51,729 nucleotides of DNA, taken from positions 1-51,729 of the forward strand of contig JANPLN010000069.1 of NCBI GenBank assembly GCA_031426555.1, written 5' to 3'. The translations under genes were made by a program, and so were the position numbers. A model generated the notes under the pieces. That model did not search any database, was not told the origin of the DNA, and saw only the letters and a program-made list of their open reading frames with translations. Positions 9,093 through 17,547 of the stretch are shown one piece after another. Every line of letters begins with the position of its first letter. Within the stretch, counting starts at the first letter, position 1. The DNA is from Bdellovibrionales bacterium. GTDB lineage: Bacteria > Bdellovibrionota > Bdellovibrionia > Bdellovibrionales > JAGQZY01.

Positions 9093-9985
9093 TGGGAACG
9101 CTCCTCTCGCAGTTTTCAGAAGACGTTGTGCAGTTGATCGAAAAGATCTCCCCCTTTGTTGTGCGAATTCATAATGGAGCTGGCACTGGCAGTGGATTTT
9201 TAATTTCTCCCGAAGGTTACGTGCTGACCAATTCGCATGTTGTGCAAAAAAGCAATCAAGTGCTTGTGGAACCTCTCACCAAAGAGCCGTTCACCGCCCA
9301 TGTGGTGGGCCGCGACGAAAAAACAGATTTGGCATTGTTAAAAACCAAACCTTACACCAAACACGCTCTTAAGCTGGTTTCGCAAGATCCACGGATTGGC
9401 GAATTTGTGGTGGCCATTGGTTCGCCGCTGCGTTTTGAAATCACGGTGACCATGGGCATGGTGAGTGCCCTTCATCGACAACTGCCAATGCCCAATGGAT
9501 GGCTTGAGGGCCTGGTGCAAACCGACGCGGCCATCAACCCCGGTAATTCTGGGGGGCCCCTGATAAACTCCTATGGCGAGGTTGTAGGCGTTAACACAGC
9601 CATCGTTCCCTACGCGCAAGGCTTAGGCTTTGCGGTGTCTTCAGGCACAGCATCGTGGGTCACCAGCGAGTTGATCCGTTTTGGCAAAGTCAGACGTAAG
9701 TTTTTAGGCATCCGCGCCTATCCCACAAATTATTTCGACAACGAACAAACCAAAAAATTTGGCGTGAAGGTGCAGGACATCGAACCAGGCAGTCCCGCTC
9801 GGCGAGCTGGTTTACAAAACAACGATCTCATCGTATCTGTGAACGGCGAAACCATTCGCTTTATCGACGATCTCCAAAAAGCCCTCAGCTTTCGCGAGCG
9901 CGAAATCCACGAAATCATCGTCCGCCGCCACGACCGCGAGATGACGTTCTATGCGTCCAACGTCCCCGAGCGCGAAGTGTCGTAA
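9092..9985 (+). CDS. HtrA/DegS-like trypsin protease with one PDZ domain, no signal peptide
   Basis: [32 protein letters not shown] and a PDZ domain; TGATG overlap with the ATPase gene. Confidence 0.92.
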   Translation: MGTLLSQFSEDVVQLIEKISPFVVRIHNGAGTGSGFLISPEGYVLTNSHVVQKSNQVLVEPLTKEPFTAHVVGRDEKTDLALLKTKPYTKHALKLVSQDPRIGEFVVAIGSPLRFEITVTMGMVSALHRQLPMPNGWLEGLVQTDAAINPGNSGGPLINSYGEVVGVNTAIVPYAQGLGFAVSSGTASWVTSELIRFGKVRRKFLGIRAYPTNYFDNEQTKKFGVKVQDIEPGSPARRAGLQNNDLIVSVNGETIRFIDDLQKALSFREREIHEIIVRRHDREMTFYASNVPEREVS

Positions 9986-10009
9986 CGTCGACTAACCAAT
10001 CAAAGCTTC

Positions 10010-10186
10010 TTAATTCGGGCTAGTCTCGTAGTAGTCGTCAATGATGTCACAACTCTCGTTCTGCAAGTCAATCACTTGATGGCAATCAGAATTTTCGCCC
10101 CTTATCACTGAAATAATTTTATCTTTAAAAAGATATAAGATAAAAATAAAAATGCAGATAAGCAGTAAACCAATCTTTAGAAACAT
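10010..10186 (-). CDS. Small single-TM hypothetical protein
   Basis: AT-rich ORF with a hydrophobic stretch ending YLFKD; start could extend to 10222. Confidence 0.5.
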   Translation of the reverse strand: MFLKIGLLLICIFIFILYLFKDKIISVIRGENSDCHQVIDLQNESCDIIDDYYETSPN

Positions 10187-10211
10187 TTTAAATCTAAAAT
10201 TTTTGTTGTGC

Positions 10212-10352
10212 CTATTGAGCAATGATCCATCCTTTTAAATTGTCTTTAAATAGATAAGCCAAAAGCATAATAAGAAAAATCATTATTAAATACTTGGACA
10301 AGCATTTAATGAAGTACAAAACTTTATTACTTTCTGAGGTTAATTTCTGCAT
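10212..10352 (-). CDS. Small single-TM hypothetical protein (46 aa, below the ORF-track cutoff)
   Basis: MQKLTSESNKVLYFIKCLSKYLIMIFLIMLLAYLFKDNLKGWIIAQ; GGAG upstream; shares YLFKD with its neighbour. Confidence 0.45.
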   Translation of the reverse strand: MQKLTSESNKVLYFIKCLSKYLIMIFLIMLLAYLFKDNLKGWIIAQ

Positions 10353-10541
10353 CTATGCAAAATCTCCCGTGTGCATTCATTCTTAAATGTTATTCGATTG
10401 GTGGTGCGAAGGCTAACGATTACAATCGGTTTTGGACGCGCATTAAATTCACATTTTTTATAAAATAAAAAAACAATAAGCGTCGTTGTAAAAGCATTAG
10501 GAAAAATTGCACTTTATTACTCACTGACCCTACCCCATTGC

Positions 10542-10712
10542 TTACTGATAGTAATTATTAGTACCATAACCCGGACTTTGGACGCCTGAAGTTTTCCCCG
10601 CAAAAAATTGCGGGGGAGTTCGCGCTCGATTCGGCATCGTTTCCCAAGGATTACGTTTTTCATATGGGAGCGGATTACTTAGGGTATAACCATTACTTAA
10701 ATTTTCCCCCAT
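10542..10712 (-). pseudogene. Possible orphan RHS C-terminal remnant (56 aa)
   Basis: MGENLSNGYTLSNPL... resembles the core end NLYGYVMQDPV of the adjacent RHS; starts 3 nt after the CAAX protease stop. Confidence 0.35.
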
Positions 10713-10715
10713 CTG

Positions 10716-11423
10716 CTAATTCCGATTATGCAAATGATTATTTCGTGTCCAAAAGAAAAAAACTAAAGCAAGGATGGTTAAGCAAAAGATTTCAATCATG
10801 ATCCACGCGCTTGTTAAGCTTGAGACAGGTAGCCAAAAAATGATAAAACTATCATAAACAGCATGAAGTAGAGAGAGCATGAAAAGCGAGACGTTCTTAT
10901 CTCTTAGTAAAGCAAAAATAATTCCAATTAAAAAAATTGTTGGTAACTCATTTGCTGGCACCACTTGTATGTGAAAAATCATAAAAAGGAACGTAGAGAA
11001 CAGAATAGCTATAAAACTGCCTTTCTGTGTTTTCATAGAGTCAAAAAATAGGCCGCGAAAAAGTCCTTCTTCGAAGAAACCAACTAAAAAGCTTCCCCAA
11101 ATAATCCAAAATAGCAAATCTGATTGCAATCGCTGTGTTTCGACAAACAAAGCGCGGAGAGGAATTAAACTTATTAAAAAAATTCCGATGTAAAGCGTAT
11201 ATTTTTTACCGACTATGCTGCCATTTACAACCGATTCTAATTTTTTCCATTTTTGAACAAAAACTAAGCACACAAGGCAAAGTAAACGAGGAATCATCAT
11301 TATAATATCTCTGAAAGCCCAGTCACTGTGTGTTTCTACCGGGTAATAGGTGTAGATTAAGTCACGGGCCACGACATAGAATAACAAAATTGTGCACGCC
11401 ATGAGGAAAACTTTATTTTTCAT
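10716..11423 (-). CDS. CPBP (CAAX/Abi) family intramembrane metalloprotease
   Basis: EEGLFRG, FMIFH and LHAVYD motifs; multiple TM segments; low GC. Confidence 0.9.
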   Translation of the reverse strand: MKNKVFLMACTILLFYVVARDLIYTYYPVETHSDWAFRDIIMMIPRLLCLVCLVFVQKWKKLESVVNGSIVGKKYTLYIGIFLISLIPLRALFVETQRLQSDLLFWIIWGSFLVGFFEEGLFRGLFFDSMKTQKGSFIAILFSTFLFMIFHIQVVPANELPTIFLIGIIFALLRDKNVSLFMLSLLHAVYDSFIIFWLPVSSLTSAWIMIEIFCLTILALVFFFWTRNNHLHNRN

Positions 11424-11485
11424 AATTGCCTTACTTTAAAATTATCCTCATTTCAAATGATCATAAGACGCTTAAGTATCGTATT

Positions 11486-14400
11486 TTATCTCATTACTTG
11501 ATCATTAGGTCCACAACCTCGAACTCCTCCGCCGCCACCTGGATACTTAGGAACTTTCTTAAAGGTCGGAGGGGAATCTACTGGCGGTGGGCGGTCAATT
11601 GGATTTGTCCTAGGCGGACGAGGAAGAGCAGGTGGCTCTAACCCTGGCGGCAGGCGGGGAGTGAAACGTGGAAAAGGATACAAATTCAACTCCGGCACAG
11701 GTGCGGGATTGTATGGGGCCTGCGGCCCTCCATCTGGAGAGTAACCCGTTGAGTCCACCAAATTGACAGGATCTTGCATGACATACCCATATAGATTCAT
11801 ATCAGCGCCATTAAATAAAATAGGATCTTTGGTCATCCATCTCCCGATGATTCCATTGTATTCACGGGCTCCGAATCTGACAAGTTTTGTATCAGAATCA
11901 TACAGACCACCGGCGAAGCCGAAGGGTTGGAAGCCAGGGTTTGAGTCTGAAAGTACGTTTCCGTAGGTTGAATAAGTCAGTTGCTGTGCAATCACACCGT
12001 TTGCGGAATTCACAACAGCCAGCACGCTTCCAAGGTTGTCTTTCACAAGCTTGTATTTAATCCCTCCACGGATCATATAATCAGGAGCATTAACAGATTG
12101 GGCGTAAATGAATTCGCTCACAAGTTGTCCTGCGCCATTGTACTCAGCCGCGATGCGAAGATCGTCCTGCCATAGGAATTGCTTCACTAAACTGCCGTTA
12201 ACTTTTTTACCAACCCGTCGGTTAAACGCATCAAATATGTAAGTGATTTGCGAGCCATTGGGTAACGTGACGGATTTGAGATGGCCAAACACGTTGTAGG
12301 TAAAGTTGGTGCTGCCAGCGGGGAGGTTGGCGCTATCGGTGATATTGATCAGCTCGCCGTTGAGGTTGTGCGTAAACTGTAAACTTCCCCAGGTAAGAAT
12401 TTGGTCTTTGGAGGCGTAGGTGGCGTTGATGGCGCTACCGTTTTCGGTGACTTGGGTGCGGTTGCTGTTGGAATCAAAAACTTGGCTGAGGACAGCGACG
12501 CCGTTTTTTTGCACAGAGGTGAGGCGGCCTGCGGTGTCGTAGATGTAGTTAAGGGTATATTGAGGAGTGCCTTCGAGGGTCTCGAGTTTTTGTGAAATGC
12601 GCCCGAGCCTGTCGCGAGTGAATTTGTAGTCTTGGTAAATACGGGAGTTTTGATAGCGGTTTTTTAACACCGTAAGTTCGCCGAAGGCGCTGTAGTTTTT
12701 GTTTTCGAAGATTCGGTTTAACTGCGTGCGGATGATCCGGCCATTCGTTAGGTTTCTTGTGATATTGAGATCACCCACTTGAATCAGATCACTGTCGTTG
12801 TCGTAAACATAATTAATGCTTGTGCCGCCTTGCACGCTGCTTGTTTCGGTTTCGAAATTGTTATTGAGGGTGCGTGACCACTGAATTGTTGTGGGTGCTT
12901 GCATTTGGATGGAGGTGAGGAGCCCTGCGGTGTAGGAAAATGTTTCCTGCACGTTATCGGGGGATCTTGCGCTATCTAGTAAGTTCCAATCGGGGTTGTT
13001 GCCCATGATGTAGGACCCTTGGGGTGTTGCAATGCTGGTAAGTCGTGCGGTGGCCGTGTCGTAGTTATACTGTGCAATGGCCCCATCAGGGCGAACCATT
13101 GAGGTGATTTTGCGATCATTGTCGTAGTTCCACGTCGTGGGATTTGTTGTTAGATAACCCGATAGTAGATCAAAGTTGTTGTACGTCAGTGCCTGTGCGG
13201 GTTTACCCGGTGGAGTGACGCTGGTGAGATTGTTGTTTTTATCGTAAGTAAAAAGCGTTTGGCGCCCGTCGGGCATGGTTTGCGAGGTCATTTTTCCAGA
13301 GCGGTCGTGGGTAAAACGTGTGATTTGCCCAAGAGCATTTCGCGTGTTCGCAATATTTCCAAGGCTTGAGTATCTGTAGAGTGTGGTGCGATTGCTTTGC
13401 GACACCTGCGCCAGTCGACCTTGGCTGTCGTAGGCTAGACCTACTGGGTGATCCGTTGCAAATTGATATTGTGTTGGCCGCTCAAAACTATCAACGGTGA
13501 TTTTTGTTTGTCTGGATAGCGGCGAAGTGTAGGTGTAGTTGGACAAAGCCCCGTCGTAAACAAGCGTCGAAGATTGCGGCCCATTGATATGACTAGTGTT
13601 AACAAAGCCCTTTGTGTAGGTGGCAATATCAAAAAGGTTATCGGCTGTGTTCAACTGAACGGTTCTGTATTCTGCAGAAACATCGCTCAACTGTCCAAAG
13701 CGATATGAGGTGTCCGTTATAAAGGGGTTTTGCGTTCGGGGATCCACAGAGTAATTCGATAAATTCGCACCGCCCACATCATCTGTGCTAGCACTTAAAA
13801 ACGTAGTTTCCCAGATAAATATTAGAACTCATTTCGGTGGGCTGCATGCTGGGAATGGTTTTTTTGGTTGTTAATATACTTCTGTTTGTATCCGAAATAA
13901 TAGATGTGGTGTAATTTCTTGCGAATCCCATGGCGCTTATCGTTGTTGTCGACGTGCCATTATCCAAATTTAAGAACGACAAATCAATCGAGCTTCCCGC
14001 AGCGCTTTGGTCGTTGATCAAGCGACCAATAGAATCATAGCTAAAGGTGTTTATAACACCGCGTGGATTTTTATAGGTTCTTAAAAGATTGTTTTGATAC
14101 GTCATCAGATGTGTTTCAAAGCTTCCAAACTGAATACGCGATAGATTTCCAGCTGCATTTATTTGTAGCGTGGTGACATGCCCGTAGGGACCTGTGATGG
14201 ATGTTGGCGCATCACTCACAGGGTCTCTTTGAATCGTCGTCTGCAGTCCGTTGTAATCAACCACAGAAATCAAAGAGCCGTTGGTGTTGTAGTTGAAGGC
14301 GTATTTTGTAGTACCTTTTGTTCCGAAGAGCGTACGGAGGTGTCTCTTTGTGGAGGCTGAGAATTCATACACTTCGGAATTATCTTTCGAAAAAACGCGG

Positions 14401-14866
14401 TAGGTATCGGGGGCGACATTAAGGGTTCCAGGCGCAAAAGCGTCTGTGCCGTCGCCATAGTAAATCACTCGTTCGTTGGTGTCGTAAAAATGGTGGACAT
14501 TTAAGGTCCAACCACCGAGACCGATTTTTTTAAAATCAAGGGGCCTTAGATAAAAAAGTTGATAGGTGGATTTGGTATCAATGTTTCCGTTGGCGGGAGT
14601 ATAGATTGTGTTGGCGGAGGCAATAGTACTCCCGATAACTGCATTGCCATTTTCGTCCAAACCATCCCAGGTAAAAAGTTGCTTGGATCCGGGAATCAGT
14701 TGGCCCGCGTTATAGTTATAAGTAAATGTACGACTGTTTCCGACTCTTATGTCTAATCTGGTGTTATACTCGTTAGCTCAAAAAAACAAGTTGCCAAACT
14801 TTCCTGCGAAAAGAGGAATAGAAATGGAATAACAAAAACTGTAAAAACAGAGCGGTAGTGCTTCAT
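11486..14866 (-). pseudogene. Secreted RHS/YD-repeat (teneurin-like) protein, split into three reading frames
   Basis: Signal-peptide ORF 14753-14866 with GAGGT RBS; second frame open 14777-13788 (FTWDGLDENG, LGGWTLNVHHFYD); third frame open 13828-11486 with YD repeats and RHS core (PFGFAGGLYD, FGAREY, GRWMTKDP, DPVNLVDSTG). Confidence 0.8.
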
Positions 14867-14924
14867 GTTAATGACCTCACATAGGATTCGAAATTAAGAG
14901 AATGCCCAGCCCAAGACTAGACAT

Positions 14925-14951
14925 TTATCGGACTGATTTTTTTAAATATGA
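14925..14951 (-). promoter_or_regulatory. Possible sigma-28 (FliA) promoter of the RHS gene
   Basis: Minus strand TCAT-N15-TCCGATAA versus consensus TAAA-N15-GCCGATAA. Confidence 0.35.
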
Positions 14952-15021
14952 GGATTTAAGTTAAATATAGTCTATTTATCAATTTGATATGGAGTTTTGA
15001 GTCTTAAATTGAGAAAGTACT

Positions 15022-15408
15022 TTATTGATTGTGGCGGTGGTCGCGTAAAAAGAAGAGCGGGATTTTGATTTTAAAATCGTTTCCTTCGGCGTCTTTCATA
15101 ATGTAACTACCGCGCATGCTGCCGGTGGGAGTGGGGAGTGGGCAGAAGCTGGTGTACTCGTAGGCGGTTCCAGGTTCGAAGAACGGCTGTTCGCCGATCA
15201 CGCCGGGGCCTTCGATGTCTTCTCTGCGCTGTTCGCCGTCCATGATGATCCAGTGGCGGGCTAGCAAGCGAGCTTTTTTCTCGCCGGTGTTGCGAATTCG
15301 AATTCGATAAGCAAAAAAATACTGGCTGTTCTCTGGTTTGGATTGCTCCGGAACATACGTAGGCTCAGCTTCAACTATAAAACCGTCAGTCTCTTCTTGG
15401 TAAATCAT
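15022..15408 (-). CDS. apaG: ApaG domain protein
   Basis: FAYRIRIRN, RHWII, GPGVIGEQP, YEYTSFCPLPTPTGSMRGSY. Confidence 0.95.
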   Translation of the reverse strand: MIYQEETDGFIVEAEPTYVPEQSKPENSQYFFAYRIRIRNTGEKKARLLARHWIIMDGEQRREDIEGPGVIGEQPFFEPGTAYEYTSFCPLPTPTGSMRGSYIMKDAEGNDFKIKIPLFFLRDHRHNQ

Positions 15409-15884
15409 AACTTGTGGTCGGTTTTTATCTTCTCAAAAAGCCCTTGGCAAGCGTCTTCAAGGATATTTAACACTTGTTCAAAGGTTTCAGGTCCGCCGTA
15501 GTACGGGTCGGGAACTTCTTTCACGGTCAGCTGCGTGCAAAACTGCGCCATCTTGTAAATTTTGTGGAGATTTTTTTTTTCGATATCATAGCTTTGCAAA
15601 TCTGCATAGTTGATGTCGTCCATCACAACGATGTAATCAAACTTTTCAAAATCTTCAGCGGATAAAAAGGGGCGCGAAACGCTGGTCACTTCGTAGCCGC
15701 GTTTTTTGGCATGCACGATGGTGCGTGGGTCAGATTCTTCGCCTTCGTGGTGGCCAGCGGTGCCGGCAGAGTCGATGAAAAAACGATCGGTGAGTTTTTT
15801 TCGACTGATCAAGCCCTTCATCACGGCTTCGGCAGAAGGAGAGCGGCAAATATTGCCAAGACATACAAAGAGAATATAAATCAT
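15405..15884 (-). CDS. Low-molecular-weight protein-tyrosine phosphatase
   Basis: FVCLGNICRSP, DSAGT, VPDPYYG. Confidence 0.95.
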   Translation of the reverse strand: MIYILFVCLGNICRSPSAEAVMKGLISRKKLTDRFFIDSAGTAGHHEGEESDPRTIVHAKKRGYEVTSVSRPFLSAEDFEKFDYIVVMDDINYADLQSYDIEKKNLHKIYKMAQFCTQLTVKEVPDPYYGGPETFEQVLNILEDACQGLFEKIKTDHKL

Positions 15885-17506
15885 TAGGTCAGCCTTTTAC
15901 GTAATTTCCAAAGCTGTTGACTGATGTAAGGTCGGCGTTTTTCTCCGGTACATACCATAAGCAGCTTGGTGATTTTGAGATGGGTGGGATCGGTAATCAA
16001 AAGAATCATCATTTCGCGGATGTAATTTGTATTTAGCGTGACGTAGTTGTCGGTTCCGACACCTAGTTTGACGCCCTTTTTTTCCCACCAGCTAAACGGG
16101 TGCTCTTTGTAATCCTCAAACTGTCCAGTTAATTTTTTATTGGACGAAGGGAGTGCGATCACCGACAGCTCTTTGTCGATCATGCGGTTGAGAACATCGT
16201 GCTGATAGTGCTCAAGTTCGCGAGCGGCGTGGAACTTAGCTTTTACAAAATAAATTTCTTCGATTTGGCTCACCGGCGTGCCGTTGATTAAATGTTCGCG
16301 AATCATATCGCGGCCGTTCCAATCGAGCTCCATCAGCTCGCGGTACTCCTGGCTTTTTGGATCGATGGCAATGCCTTTGCGATATTTGGCGAGGACGGTC
16401 TGATACATTTTATGGAAATAAAAGTTAGGATTGATGCCAAGGCTGAGTCCGTGTTCAACGGCGTCCACGTGCCAGATGTTCATGGCGTTGTCCACCGACT
16501 GAATGCCGCGACGAAGGGTGTCCCAGGTTTCACCGTGGTGGCTGCGAATTTTAAGACCGCGCGTTTGCAATTTACGCAGACCAAACTTCATTTCTTTAAA
16601 ATGCTCCTTGCGGTACAAGGATTTTTCCGAGCCCACAGTGTCCACCTCGGTCACGTGGGGGGACAGCTCCGGAAATTTTTCTAACAAATCTAAGAGCGAC
16701 TGAACTTGGTGATCAAAGTGATCTTTTTTGGTGCGAAAGCGTTTTGCATCAAAGAATTCCGGTTCTTTGCGAAAGCACGGCGACAAAATAAATTCGAAGT
16801 CTGAATGATCGCGACGAAAGCGGGTAAAGCCCTCGTACAATCCGCACACAACTTCTTCGCTGCTGAGAGTGTCGGCTCCCGGAATCTCTTCTTTGCTCGA
16901 CGTTGTCGCGCGCGAAAGGGTAAATTTAATGCGAATCGAGCCCACGTTGTATTTGTAATACAACTCACTGGCCATGTGGTAGGCGGCTTCGGCGTGGGCG
17001 TCTTTTGATGTTAAGATCAGCTTAGGAAGTAGTAGGATTTCTAAGTACCGATCAAACTGTTCATTGTCCTGCAAGCGCATTAAATCATTTACTTTTTTGT
17101 GGCTGTCCAAAGGAAACATTTGCGAGCCAAAAACGTTTTGGATTTTTTGTTCGTAAAGCTTTTTATGTTCGCCGTTGAGCAGTGTTTGCAGACGCGGAAA
17201 AACAAACTCCGCGGTGAGTGAGCCGGTCAGATGGATGTGCTCTTCGCGGTATTTTAAGGGAAAGTTTTGAAAAAACTCATAAAAAGCTCGGCCCACAGAG
17301 TGATCGAGGAGATCTTCGATGGGCGCTTGGTTAATTCGAAACAGATCGAGCTTTTTTGAAAAGTCTAAGATTTGCGCTTTAATCAACTCCGGAACGTCTT
17401 CAGAGCCAATCAGCAGCTCCAAAGTACTCTGGAGACTCAAGCCATTGGTTTCGCTTATGATTTTTACAAGATGGGGAAGTATTTTTTTTACAGAAATGTC
17501 ATTCAT
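15884..17506 (-). CDS. Adenosine/AMP deaminase-like metallo-amidohydrolase
   Basis: EEHIHLTGS, SHHGE, EHG, PSSN and GTDN metal-binding pattern; start 17506 or 17524. Confidence 0.75.
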   Translation of the reverse strand: MNDISVKKILPHLVKIISETNGLSLQSTLELLIGSEDVPELIKAQILDFSKKLDLFRINQAPIEDLLDHSVGRAFYEFFQNFPLKYREEHIHLTGSLTAEFVFPRLQTLLNGEHKKLYEQKIQNVFGSQMFPLDSHKKVNDLMRLQDNEQFDRYLEILLLPKLILTSKDAHAEAAYHMASELYYKYNVGSIRIKFTLSRATTSSKEEIPGADTLSSEEVVCGLYEGFTRFRRDHSDFEFILSPCFRKEPEFFDAKRFRTKKDHFDHQVQSLLDLLEKFPELSPHVTEVDTVGSEKSLYRKEHFKEMKFGLRKLQTRGLKIRSHHGETWDTLRRGIQSVDNAMNIWHVDAVEHGLSLGINPNFYFHKMYQTVLAKYRKGIAIDPKSQEYRELMELDWNGRDMIREHLINGTPVSQIEEIYFVKAKFHAARELEHYQHDVLNRMIDKELSVIALPSSNKKLTGQFEDYKEHPFSWWEKKGVKLGVGTDNYVTLNTNYIREMMILLITDPTHLKITKLLMVCTGEKRRPYISQQLWKLRKRLT

Positions 17507-17547
17507 TAAAATCCAAGTATACACATGGTTTGACGCTTCGTGAAGCC

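Noticed and set aside
10410..10700. Integron attC sites (TAAC/GTT cores)
   Set aside because: No matching inverse-core/core pairs with internal dyad and no integrase in the window
14780..14786. Phase-variable A7 tract restoring the RHS N-terminus
   Set aside because: The frame change needed at this tract puts TGA in frame
15884..17506. RADAR-type anti-phage deaminase (RdrB)
   Set aside because: No adjacent RdrA ATPase and a housekeeping operon context
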